Of a DNA stretch of 53,650 nt, positions 12,771 to 26,107 are shown in pieces. Source of the DNA: Octopus bimaculoides. Taxonomy: Eukaryota. The position numbers and the translations under genes were made by a program. Where the stretch lies: contig NC_068992.1 of the NCBI RefSeq assembly GCF_001194135.2, forward strand, positions 12,469,427-12,523,076, written 5' to 3'. Position 1 is the first letter of the stretch; every line of letters begins with the position of its first letter. Under the pieces are notes generated by a model. That model was given only the letters and a program-made list of their open reading frames with translations, searched no databases and was not told the DNA's origin.

Positions 12771-14769
12771 ATATTTATATCATAATTTTGCTTGTTCGTT
12801 TGTTTCTACGTTACGCTTTTGTTGGATAGAGATAGAAAGACAGTCAGAGTGAGAGGTGAATTGAGAGTGAGAGAGAGCATGAGGCAGTGAGAGTGAGACA
12901 GGGATGTAGAGTGAGGGAGTTGTCGAGTGAATGAGCAGTAGAGTGAGTGTGAGAGTGGAGGAGGTGGAGGAGTGCGAGTAAGAAGTAGAAAATTGTGTAT
13001 ACATACATATGTACATATGTATGTATGTATATGTGTGTATGTGTATGCACGATAGGAGAGAGGAAGAGGGAGAGAGAAAAAGCGACATGAGGTAGGGCTG
13101 AGGAAAGTAATAATTATTACGGGGCTTAAAAAGTTAGTTGAGGGAGAGCTATTGAAAAAGAGAGTTAGAAATACAATGTTTAGCAGAGGTGTGATGTTGT
13201 GGTAATGAGGTCAAAGAAACCAGATGGAAAATAAAAAGAGGCAGTTACATTAAGAATGAGACTGGTGATGCTGTACCAGCTGGAGCATCACGGTATCACG
13301 TGGTTAGTAAATGTGAGAAGTGAAGAGAAACAGAAAGAGAGAAATGGTAACGATGTGAAGAGGCGAATGACATGGTTTAAAAGTTTGTTGACTTAAGAGG
13401 TAGAGGAAAAAAAGAGAGGCGGGGCGGAGAGAAATATGGTATTGGCAGTGGGTAATTTTAAACATCATAAAGACAGGAAAAAATAACATTTTAATATTGA
13501 ATTTTCATCTTCCAATTGTTTTTCTGTTTAACTATCAGTCCACATGGACAAATACATCGATGGGTAGACGGAAGAACGAAGGCTTACATTAAATATGATT
13601 ATAAGCATAACATAGATAGAAAAATAGTCTATTAAATTAAATGAAACAACTTAAGAAAAGAATTATGAGTGTTATTTTTTAAGATTTTTTTTCTTTGTTT
13701 TGAACTTGATGTATATCAGAGATATACATCAAAGGTAAGAAAGCAGATATAGACAAACAGCTGAACTGAAGTGGAGTGAAAATTCTTAGACTGAGCTTTG
13801 CTATTGAAAATTATAATGATGGTGGTGGAGTTGACAGTGGATAGTGAAAAGTGCATTTTCTTTATTGAATTTTTTTTTTTATATCAGTGCAATTATTTAT
13901 CATCTGTTCGCTCGAAGTTGATATTTGTGTATAAAATACGGATGACAGAAATCTTAAGCTAACAAGAGACAGAATGAGATGGTATAGGCAACACACGTAA
14001 AGAAAAGCAGAGAGCCGAATCACTGGAAGAAGCAAGGAAGCAGCAGTGTAGAGGGGGAAATATGAATCAGAGAGAATACAGCTGATATTTATAATAGATA
14101 AGATAGCATTTTCAATTTTTATGGTTCTATATAAATTTCCCGCCATCTACAAAAACTTTCGTATTTACCGTGTAATTTCCACGGGGACTGCTAGTTCATT
14201 TATATTGCTCTTTATTTAGATTCATACACACTTGTCGTTTAGTTGTGAGATCAAACTCTACTGACGTCTATACATTTTATTTCAGAAATAGCACAAAAAT
14301 GTGCCTCAGGGGCAGAAGTGAATATAACCATGTAAGCCAGTTGATCAGTTCAATGATTATAAGCATGCACATATACGTAGACGCACACACACACACACAC
14401 ATACACACACACACACATACACACACACACACACACATACACACAAACACACACACAAACACACACGTATACATGTACATGGATAGATAGTTATGTATAT
14501 ATATATGTGTGTGTATATATATATATATATATATACATACATATACATATATATGCATGTTTATAATATACAATACATGCATATATATATATANNNNNNN
14601 NNNNNNNNNNNNNNNNNNNNNNNNNNNNNNNNNNNNNNNNNNNNNNNNNNNNNNNNNNNNNNNNNNNNNNNNNNNNNNNNNNNNNNNNNNNNNNNNNNNN
14701 NNNNNNNNNNNNNNNNNNNNNNNNNNNNNNNNNNNNNNNNNNNNNNNNNNNNNNNNNNNNNNNNNNNNN

Positions 14770-14940
14770 CAGAAAAACAAAAGGCGAAGACAGGTGTATA
14801 AACAACAAAGGGGTGTATTAGTTTAATGCTCGGGAACGTGAGAAAGTCTTTTACGTTTCGAGCCTACGCTTTTCAACAGAGAGGAACACGAGAATATAAA
14901 CAGAGAGAGATTAAGAAAAGCTTTCACGGCTAGCGGTTTA
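14770..14940 (-). mobile_element. Penelope-like terminal (pLTR-type) repeat fragment
   Basis: Contains a hammerhead-like CTGTTGAA...CGAAACGTA motif typical of PLE termini. A PLE GIY-YIG remnant lies 1.4 kb away. Left end hidden by a gap. Confidence 0.5.
14848..14883 (-). ncRNA. Degenerate hammerhead-ribozyme-like motif (CUGUUGA core)
   Basis: ctct-CTGTTGA-a-aagc(gtag)gctc-GAAA-c-GTA-aaag. Type I topology with one mismatch in each of stems I and II and U at core position 6. Confidence 0.4.
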
Positions 14941-15234
14941 TCACATATATATGAGTTGTATTGTAAGTATGAACAGCGCAGTAGTATTCGATTACTTTAT
15001 TTTGTTTAGTTAAGTAATGCAGGTTCATACTTCGAACTCCAGGAATAGGATGACGATTGTTGAAAATTCATATCAAAATGAATAGAAGATGTGAATATTG
15101 TCAAAATATCATAGTGGGTACATATTGCAATGTTGATTTTAATATAAATATGATTTTATTACTGTTCATATTGTAAATTTCTAACTTCTGGGTTGTATTA
15201 TTTATTGTTTAGCTGTAAGTCTGTTTATCTCTAG

Positions 15235-15955
15235 TGGTTTGCCTCTTTTGGGAGACATATCATCAAAGAGAGAGAACTTCTCAGACATATTTGAAGATCC
15301 ATTCTACGTAATTCTTAAATAGAGCATCTTTCAGTTCTTCCTTTCCCCCCTGGTGGCCTTGGTAGCCACGTATAGCTCTATTTGATCTTACTTTGGATTC
15401 ATCAACGCTGTATAACTCTAGACACATATTAATTAAATGGAAGCAAACATCCTACGAATTTACAAATTAAGGGGGAAACTACAAGACAGAAGATAGTTCA
15501 TAGTTCAAAAGACATATTTTTTCTTTTCTTTTCCTTTTCATTCTAATCCATTTGTTATTTAGCAATAGAGAAGAAAGAAATTAAGTTCTTACATGAACAT
15601 AATCGTATTGCTTTGCCAAAATTCCTTTGGTGTTGTAACATTTGATGTAACTTCCATGAACTAGTCCGCAAGACAGCTTTTGGTCTTCTCGAGTTTGGAT
15701 ATGGATTTCTAGCTGCTAATTCCTTTTAAGTTATCCTCCTTGAGGTATTAAAACTTATGTTCTTTCTTGATTCCATCTTGCCAAAGCACTTACACTTTTA
15801 GTGGACAGACTTAGAAAAGCAACAGTGCATATCGAATCATTTGGCTCGCCTCTGGTGGGAAACATGTCATCAAAGGGAAGACAATTTCATCTCAGACAAT
15901 TTCGAAGATCCTATATACTTAATTCTTAACTTAAACATCTTTTAATTCATCTGCC
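15235..15955. repeat. Diverged ~110-bp direct repeat pair (15235-15345 and 15842-15955, period ~607 bp)
   Basis: TGGTTTGCCTCTTTTGGGAGACATATCATCAAAG...GAAGATCC...TAATTCTTAA versus TGGCTCGCCTCTGGTGGGAAACATGTCATCAAAG...GAAGATCC...TAATTCTTAA; roughly 70% identical by eye. Confidence 0.8.
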
Positions 15956-16279
15956 TTTTTATACAAAAGCATAAAACGAAATTATTACAGTCGGGACAAT
16001 TACATTTTCAAACTCACAAACGAACTATTTAACATATTCTTATTTTAAAAGAGGGTAATAAAATTCAGCTGACCTTTTAGCAAGTCAGGTGAGGTAACTT
16101 GAATTACTATTGCACCTTCTCATTAATACACGCATATAATTTAAAAAGCTTTCCGCAATCTGCGTTGGATTACCTCTAAAACGATCAATTCCAGGCCTTC
16201 CCTTATCATAAATTACACTTTCTTTTTAACATAACTTTACATGTATATATTTATATATATATATATATATATATATAAC

Positions 16280-16760
16280 AAATTAACAAACAGTGAGGCA
16301 TTCAACACTATTGTGCAACATTTTCCTTTACTAAGTAGATATCCGAAAATGAACGACATCCTGAAAACGCACAAACTCATCAAATGCAAAAAGCAACACA
16401 AATCGCTAAAGAGACAGGTAACAAATACGAAGCTTAACAAAACAACCAGGAAACCAACGGCTAAAAAGGGTGGACGCCTAAACTGTGGAATCTCGGATTT
16501 CCTTTTCAAACAAGAACACAGGTTCACAGTTAAAACTGCTTTCACTCGTGCCTCTGAGAACCTAATTTATGTAATAGCCTGCTCGGATTCCGGACAAAAC
16601 TATATTGGATACACGAGTATTTTGGACCACCAAGTTCAGAAAAACAGCTCTTGGACTCGAAAAATAACTACTGAACCTCATCAATTCCTGATATCATTTC
16701 TATTGTGCAAGTCGGACATATTTATATGAATACAAATGTACATATTTTTGCATTAAATTC
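16280..16760 (+). mobile_element. Penelope-like element C-terminal remnant with GIY-YIG endonuclease
   Basis: ORF 16241-16729 contains FTVKTAFTRASENLIYVIACSDSGQNYIGYT, the LIY...C..C...YIG.T GIY-YIG signature of PLEs, preceded by a decayed Cys linker. Confidence 0.8.
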
Positions 16761-18059
16761 ATTTAATATTTTACGTATATCGACTTACCTAAACTGTTCA
16801 AGTTAAAAATCTCTTGAACACTACGAAGTGCATTCTATACATAGAATACCTGTGTCTAATTTNNNNNNNNNNNNNNNNNNNNNNNNNNNNNNNNNNNNNN
16901 NNNNNNNNNNNNNNNNNNNNNNNNNNNNNNNNNNNNNNNNNNNNNNNNNNNNNNNNNNNNNNNNNNNNNNNNNNNNNNNNNNNNNNNNNNNNNNNNNNNN
17001 NNNNNNNNNNNNNNNNNNNNNNNNNNNNNNNNNNNNNNNNNNNNNNNNNNNNNNNNNNNNNNNNNNNNNNNNNNNNNNNNNNNNNNNNNNNNNNNNNNNN
17101 NNNNNNNNNNNNNNNNNNNNNNNNNNNNNNNNNNNNNNNNNNNNNNNNNNNNNNNNNNNNNNNNNNNNNNNNNNNNNNNNNNNNNNNNNNNNNNNNNNNN
17201 NNNNNNNNNNNNNNNNNNNNNNNATATATATATATATATATATATATAAAGTATATATATATATATTCATATATGCGTGTGCGCGCGTGTGGGTATTACA
17301 TATATAGAGAGAGAGTGAGAGAGAGAGAGTGGTGAGGGTTGATGAAAGGTACAGAATTCTGCAAAACACATCTGATGAATAACTCTCTTATTGCATAATA
17401 AATATTATTCTCTTCCAAATATAAACTAATGACAATATCATAGAAACACACACACAAACCTATCGTCACCCTCTCTCTCTTTCTCTCTCTCACAGACACG
17501 CACACACATACACAAACATACACACACATACACACAAAAACTAACATATCTCATATACATACCCAACTATTTATGTACATGTTTGTGCACACGGTTTCCT
17601 TTTTTTTACGAAATCACAGTTTTTTAATTCTATTCTGTACGTTCTATTCTAACGGTTTACTAAAATATGTGGTAAAGAAACAGAAAAGTAAGGAGGCAAA
17701 ATATTCAGATAAGGAATAATGAAGACTACGCTGAAATAAAATACAATGAACAACAACAACATCAATGACAAAAACAAGTGTTGCTATAAAAATATTTCAC
17801 ATCAATTTCCGAAAGACAAATCTGGAGAAAAAATATATAGAAATATTTTTTTTAAATCTTCATAAAATGAAATGAAAATTAGAAGGAATCTACAGATAAT
17901 ATTATTCTTGTATATACACTATTAAATAACTTGAGGATAGCTGGGTGCCATTTTGTTTTATGGCATGCTCTGCCAAAATAACTGAAAATCTGCCACAACG
18001 AAAAGATCAAGAACAACATTGACATCAATCACAGGAATAAGTCTCAACGAAAAAAATCT

Positions 18060-18120
<61 letters not shown>

Positions 18121-18698
18121 TGTAGTAGTAAATGGACAGTTTTGAATAGCAATGACAAACGTAATGGGCGAACGATAAAGTAAAGAAATCAATGCGAACA
18201 ACACTATATATACGCGCAAACACGTACGCACACAAGTACGTATGTATATGTATAAATATCTATCTATCTATCTATATATATATATATATATGCATGTATG
18301 TATAGACATGTGTGTGTGTATGTGTACGCGCGCGTGTGTGTATATATGTATGTGTATATCATCATGCATACATATATATGTGTTTATATATATATATGTT
18401 TTTAAATATATATGTATATTTAAGCATATACGTAAGAAGAAGAAGAAGAAGAAAATGATGAAGTTGAAGCGGAGGAGGAGAGGAAACAAGAGGGAATAAG
18501 ACGAAAATATGGGAAATAGTGCCGCCTCTTTACTCATTTATCCATTAACTTCTTTCAGAATAGAAGCTTCGTTTGGCTAAGAGTGGTATAATCCCGAGTA
18601 ATCTTATGTTTTAAACCACTTTAGCTATTTTCTTGCCTTGTCAAGCAACCATCAGAATCGCAGAAACAGAAATAACACGCAATCACGTTATTGCTGTC

Positions 18699-18699
<1 letters not shown>

Positions 18700-18782
<83 letters not shown>

Positions 18783-18985
18783 GATGATGATGATGATGGT
18801 GATGATGATGGCGGCGGCGGCGGCTGTGCTGGTGGCGGTGGTGATCGTGATGTTGATAATGATGATGATGAGGATGATGATGATGAGGAGGAGGAGGAGG
18901 GGGAGGAGGAGGCGGCGGAGGAGGAGGCGGACGACGACGACGACGATGACGACGAAAACGACGGTGGCTATGATGATGTTGATTA
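18700..18985. repeat. Compound GNN trinucleotide array (GAT/GGT/GGC/GAG/GAC)
   Basis: Direct reading. Confidence 0.9.
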
Positions 18986-19148
18986 TATACAATAACCAAT
19001 AAATGAAATTTATTGGCATCTTCTGACCCAAAGTATTTTTGAAACATTTTACTTTTCTTTTCTAGTCTGTTTTCGGTATTTTTTTTAATTCTTTACACTT
19101 TTACACTGTTGTACGTATTTTGTGCCTTGTTTTAGTGTGAAAGTATTA

Positions 19149-19185
<37 letters not shown>

Positions 19186-19186
19186 G

Positions 19187-19219
<33 letters not shown>

Positions 19220-21512
19220 TCATTTTATCACAGGTATTGTTGTAACTCCTGGAGTCTTGCATGCGTAGCGTGCTTGCTACCTGCAGCCTACGGTACCAGG
19301 CTATCTGTTCTTTTCAGTTACGTAATACTTTCATGATTATAATTATTGTTGTTGCTCCTGCTGCTGTTGTTGCTGATGATGTTTTATTAGAGCTTTAAAT
19401 ATGATACACCTGCTGCATGAATTCTATGCGGTGTGAGTTCCGTTAGATTATCTTCAAATCTGAAGGTGAAACAAACTACTATAAGAGGAAGGAAGCAAAA
19501 TCCACTCTTGGTTTACCACCATCTCGTTGGTGGTAGACTCAATAGTAAGCTACTTCTTACTTAATACTTGTATTATTCGACCAAAATGTATAGCCTGAAA
19601 TTCATTTTAAATTACAAACCCGCCTATATGAAATTGAATCATTTCTGTTCGACGATCTTGAAATCCTGCTAAGTTGCCGAATATTTACAGAATATTTTAA
19701 ATGTGGACTGTGGAAATATACGGTCATTATTCCGAAATCAGAAAGGAAAACAATATTGTTAGAAGCTTTTGCTTCTAAAATGCCTTGATTATAGACTCGG
19801 GCAACTAAATTGTGACTGCTTTTAAAATATAATCTTAATGGCTATTAATGCATCTGTGAATTCAAAGGGCAGCACAAGCTTTCGGTTGTTTGGAGTCATG
19901 CATTTGGTTCCTACGACATATAAATAACAACACAAAATTGGTTATTTACAAATCGTTTGTCTTACCCTCCTTGTTGAAATATGTTTAATTTTTTAGAGTA
20001 TACACGCAGTGGAAATAAAAAGTTCCAACTTAAGAAAAAAGTTTTAAAGTGAAAAATCCAATTTTAGTATAATTCTTAAGAAATGTTTTTCGTTTTGTTA
20101 ATTGAAGTAAAATTCTGGAAAAATTAGATTAAACGTAATGTGAGTATGATAGGAGAAGCCCAAAGAATGTCTGTTAGGTGTTTGTGAAGCCAAGTTGTTA
20201 TTTCTGTTGAATTTATCTTGGTGAAAAGGGTATTGACGAATACATATAAAGGCAATTATTAGTGTTTATGTGGTATCTAAGTATGCATTTGTGTAAATAC
20301 GTTGGTATTTTAGCTTTAAAAGGTTCATATGTGTATCTTTGTATCACATTACTTTTGTACGCATATGTGAATTTAAAGCGTGTTTTTGTGTTTTCGCTCG
20401 TTTGTGTAATATTTTATTCGACGATGTAAATTGCATGGGTGAAATTTTATATCGTGAAAGGGTTAGAGTTGAAAATGAAAATTGAATTTAAAATTTTGTC
20501 AAGTTATATATTTCAGGTTCTATACAATTTTAATAACCATGTGCCTTCAACCGTCGTATTAGTTATTTCTGATTTATTTCTTATATTGGTATGTTTTGGG
20601 ATTTTTGTTTGATTGTGTATAAGAGTGTTTGCAGTATGTTCTTCATTTGTAAACTGCTTTAGATGCCATGATTTGTTAACATAGTTTAAGTTAAGCTTAG
20701 AATTTCTGGAGATAAGTATTATAAGTTATGCATTAAATATTTCGGTTCCATTTATACCAAAATGTAACAAAGTGGATGATATACATCTGAGTATATTGAA
20801 ATTCAATGTATTTAAGTACCAAATCCTACTAAAACTTTCAAGTATCTACCGTACAATTTAACCAACAACAAAATAAAACGTATATGCAATTTTTTTCTAC
20901 AAGTAAATGCTTCATATATGTATTTTTAATATATCCATTTATGCATGAATGTTTATATTTGTGTGTGCTGTGAGAATGTATTATCATACCCTCCATAAAA
21001 TGATTTCCATCAGTAAACCAAATCGAATTTTTTTTTCCGCACACAGTAACTTCAACATATGATAAGTAAACTATAAATATATAAATGCACGTGATAGTAA
21101 AAAGAAACAGAAAACATCTTAAGATACTACGTTTTCAATAAAATAGAAATATTATTCCCGACCATTGATCTTCAGTGTATTTGAGAAACGAAAATGTAAC
21201 ATCAAATGTTTTATACAATTGTCAGAAAGATTTCGTTAATGAATATATGAATTCTATTCTAATGCTGTCTTGTAAGTATTTCTACAGTAGTTCTTCCATT
21301 AATGTTGTTTCATTTAACTCTTTTTCTTTTCAATTCATTCGATTTGTTTATTGAGTGTGTATTGGGATCCACACCAAATTGGAAAAAGATTTTGCAACAT
21401 TTGAAATAAAACAACAATGACGAAAGCAAAGGTATAATCGGAATAGTTAAAAGCAAAATAAGTTGAGTTGGTTTCCTATATATGTAAATGTATACATACA
21501 TACATACATATA

Positions 21513-21586
<74 letters not shown>

Positions 21587-22057
21587 CACACATATATATG
21601 CACATATATATATAAAAATATACACACATATGTGTAGATATGCATGAGTGTGTATGTGTATATATAAGATATAACGTATTTATATATGAGTATACGTGTA
21701 TACATACTGATGCTCTCATAAACACACACACACACACTTACGTATATATATACACACATGCATAAGTGTATGTATGCACGTATGTGTGTATGTATGTATG
21801 CATTATCTTTACTATTATATTGTTTCTGTTCATTTCATTTGTTCGTTTTCTTAAATTTCTTTCTTTATTTTTATTCATGTCCCTGTTTCCGAAAACCTTT
21901 TAAATGTTTTTTAAACAAAGAACTGTTCCAGAAGTTAAATAATTCCGACAGCGTTGGTTCGATTCCCTTATTTCAACAACGACATGTTACTACTACTGAA
22001 TGAAACATCTTAAATTGGCATTTTGTAGAAGGAAAATATAGATGCCGCAAAGGAGCA

Positions 22058-22135
22058 AGAAGAAGAAGAAGAAGAAGAAGAAGAAGAAGAAGAAGAAGAA
22101 GAAGAAGAAGAAGAAGAAGAAGAAGAAGAAGAAGA
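22058..22135. repeat. Pure (GAA)n, ~26 units
   Basis: Direct reading. Confidence 0.95.
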
Positions 22136-22519
22136 TTTGTTTCGAAATAAAAACTAATCACGTCAATGGCGTTTAATTATCTTACTGTATAAATAAGTTA
22201 CTAATTCTAATATTATTGTTTCTAAACACAAAGAAAAGAAAACAACTTTCTGTGAGAAAACAAGCAACAATAGGACTTTTTTTGAAGGAATAAAGTATTG
22301 AACAATACCTTTCTCTTTGTTTTGCAAACAAAACATAAGAATCAAAATTGTAAAGTACAAGTAACCTTTTGCTTTGATGAATTTGCCATTCTATTAGATT
22401 TAGCTGAGGTCTGTTCATTCAAAAATGGCGTTCCATTTTTTTTATGGAATGGCTAAATGCAAAGAGTAAAGAAAATGATTAAAGTATGAATAAGATATTT
22501 TCTTCTCTGTTTTCAGTTA

Positions 22520-23340
22520 ATAAAATCAAAAGAAAATTTTAAAAAACGTAATATACAAAATTTGAAAAACAGTAACAAAATTCAAATTTAATGGAGAATG
22601 GAGAATATGCGCTATACGCGGTCAGATTTTTTTTTTTAAGTCATAGCATAAGAGGGTAGAATTCTGTTAAGAGGGTAAAATTCCGTCTCAAATAATGGGA
22701 AACAACTTTATAAGAGATTGACATCTCATTTTAATAAAACTGTTTCACATACGGTGTACGTTTTCTAAGAAGTATGCATCACTAAAACTGGAGAAATACC
22801 AAACCGATTTCATTCAAATTTTACACATGCCTTATTTAGGGTCAATACAGTGTTATAGGCCAAAGAAATATTCAACTTCTTGCCTAATGCAATCCAGAAG
22901 CAATCTCTTATCTCTTACACCGTTTCAATATTACGTGTCAAAAGTGAAACAACATATGTATTAATACTTTCAGTGTTATAAGATTTCAGTTTCAAATACT
23001 TTTATTATATATCTACATATATATATATATATATATATATTAGGTTCATGTCTATTACTTTCATTATGTACTTATATTCATGCTTGTATAGATATTGTTT
23101 TGGACGTAACAACGCATGCGACATATATACAGACCTTGTATATAATATTTTGTTCCTATGTATAACGTCACGCGAATCCACCCAGCCGTTTGGCCGTGAA
23201 CCGTGAATAGATAGATAGATAGATAGATAGAGAAACGTAAACGCACATAATCATACATTCGCACAAATACAATTTCACACACACACACACATACACACAG
23301 ATCGCGTGTCGAAGACGTCCATACGCCTAAGTACACCAAA
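22520..23340. mobile_element. Probable non-autonomous rolling-circle (Helitron/Helentron-type) repeat remnants
   Basis: CCGATTTCATTCAAATTTTACAC and CGCGAATCCACCCAGCCGTTTGGCCGTGA followed by (GATA)n resemble the microsatellite-containing DINE-1/Lep1-like architecture. Termini not identified. Confidence 0.35.
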
Positions 23341-25140
23341 ACCGAAATACGAACACAAACTCAAGCCATTCACTGGCCAAACATGGTTAACTCATACTAT
23401 GATAATCGGTTATGGAGACAAACCAATCACACGCAGGAACGCTTACACACGTATCATATATTCACATCATCACAAACATATATTCGCTTTACTACACGCT
23501 TACACAAACAATTACGCATGCACGCATGCATGTCATTCGTCCAAGAATGGACTCACGGTCAGAGCACAAACACGCATATATCTATAGTACTGCAATATTG
23601 TAATTAGTACAGAGAAAAATACCATTTACTACACAACTTCTATCGTCATATTTATTGTATTAGTTTTTTGGGGTTTTTTTTTTACTACTTCTGTCCTCTG
23701 TCTTTTTATAATTTTATTTGGCTCTATTTTCTTTTACTTTATCGCAGTAATTTATTGCATTTGGCTCGTTCGTCAAAGACTGACAAGGGATTTTGTGCGC
23801 TGATGTGATTACATTTTCTGCTATCGCAATTCAACGAAGAAAAGACTCATTCTTTGCACAATCCGAAATTATTTATGAACAATTGCAATGAATCTTGACG
23901 TGCACACACGCACACACAGTGACACACACACACACATACATATCACACACACAAACACACACTGAGATACACAGGAATGACGCTAAATGAATGCATGCAC
24001 GTATATTATTTATTATAGTTATGCAAGTACATAGACACATATTTATATATATACATACATACATACATACATTCGTATTTATACATATATATATACATAT
24101 ATATATATATACATATATGTATATATATATCTATATATATATANNNNNNNNNNNNNNNNNNNNNNNNNNNNNNNNNNNNNNNNNNNNNNNNNNNNNNNNN
24201 NNNNNNNNNNNNNNNNNNNNNNNNNNNNNNNNNNNNNNNNNNNNNNNNNNNNNNNNNNNNNNNNNNNNNNNNNNNNNNNNNNNNNNNNNNNNNNNNNNNN
24301 NNNNNNNNNNNNNNNNNNNNNNNNNNNNNNNNNNNNNNNNNNNNNNNNNNNNNNNNNNNNNNNNNNNNNNNNNNNNNNNNNNNNNNNNNNNNNNNNNNNN
24401 NNNNNNNNNNNNNNNNNNNNNNNNNNNNNNNNNNNNNNNNNNNNNNNNNNNNNNNNNNNNNNNNNNNNNNNNNNNNNNNNNNNNNNNNNNNNNNNNNNNN
24501 NNNNNNNNNNNNNNNNNNNNNNNNNNNNNNNNNNNNNNNNNNNNNNNNNNNNNNNNNNNNNNNNNNNNNNNNNNNNNNNNNNNNNNNNNNNNNNNNNNNN
24601 NNNNNNNNNNNNNNNNNNNNNNNNNNNNNNNNNNNNNNNNNNNNNNNNNNNNNNNNNNNNNNNNNNNNNNNNNNNNNNNNNNNNNNNNNNNNNNNNNNNN
24701 NNNNNNNNNNNNNNNNNNNNNNNNNNNNNNNNNNNNNNNNNNNNNNNNNNNNNNNNNNNNNNNNNNNNNNNNNNNNNNNNNNNNNNNNNNNNNNNNNNNN
24801 NNNNNNNNNNNNNNNNNNNNNNNNNNNNNNNNNNNNNNNNNNNNNNNNNNNNNNNNNNNNNNNNNNNNNNNNNNNNNNNNNNNNNNNNNNNNNNNNNNNN
24901 NNNNNNNNNNNNNNNNNNNNNNNNNNNNNNNNNNNNNNNNNNNNNNNNNNNNNNNNNNNNNNNNNNNNNNNNNNNNNNNNNNNNNNNNNNNNNNNNNNNN
25001 NNNNNNNNNNNNNNNNNNNNNNNNNNNNNNNNNNNNNNNNNNNNNNNNNNNNNNNNNNNNNNNNNNNNNNNNNNNNNNNNNNNNNNNNNNNNNNNNNNNN
25101 NNNNNNNNNNNNNNNNNNNNNNNNNNNNNNNNNNNNNNNN

Positions 25141-25189
<49 letters not shown>

Positions 25190-26107
25190 AACAGAAATGT
25201 AGAACTGTAGATAGATAATAAGATAACTACACCATTTCTTTCATTTGTAATTTATACTTTTGAGATTACATTTTTTGGGCGTACCACAAATTTATATGTT
25301 TTTTTTTCTTATCTTCATCATTCACTCTCTCTATCTTTCTCTATTTCCCTCCCCCCTCTCTCTCTCTCTCTCTCTCTATCTCTTTGTCTATCTATTTATC
25401 TATCTATCAATCTCTCCTCTCTGACTCTCACACGCGCACGCATGCCTCAACAACTCTCTTCACAATGTAAAATAAGAAAGAATATTTGTGAAAGAATGTG
25501 AGAATGGCGACGAGTGAGACACATAAAAGAGCGGATAGATTGTTATGCTTGGAATAAGCAGTTTGGTGTTAATATTTACTTAGATCTCTGCTTAGACATA
25601 ATTTCTAAGTTATTACTGTCATTGACTCTCATATATCCGAGAGAGACAGATTAATAGTGTGAGGGAGAAATTCGAATATAATGAATGAGAGAGTATTAGC
25701 GAGAGAGGGAGAGGGAGAGAGAGAAATAACAACAAGCAAGGAGAAAGAATACAAGAAACAAACACACAAATAAATAAAATATCCTCTACTTCCCAAATAA
25801 CAGAAACGACTTAATAATAACGTTTATATTAAAGCTGACGTACTTCCGGTGTCCGGATTTTGTCTCTCCAATTTAATGGTTTTACACATCATGTTAGAAT
25901 TGACGACAGCAACAACACCAGCAACATCTGCTGCAACAAAAACAACGAGAATAAAAAAAAGAAGGACGGAAAAGAGAAGGAGAATAGCGACGGTTGATGC
26001 AACAACAATTGCTTAATTTCGTTGTTTTCCACGACAGTATAGGCAGTAATCTTTAAATATCTTTGCGTAATAATCGCAGACCAAAGATTGTTATATCGTG
26101 TGTTTTC

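Noticed and set aside
13862-14146. 94-aa minus-strand ORF starting ATGGCG
   Set aside because: No recognisable domain, and its composition reflects a pyrimidine-rich non-coding strand.
23991-25190. Long ORFs of 399 aa, 356 aa (48592-49662) and 160-180 aa (16814-17369)
   Set aside because: They consist mostly of N-gap X residues.
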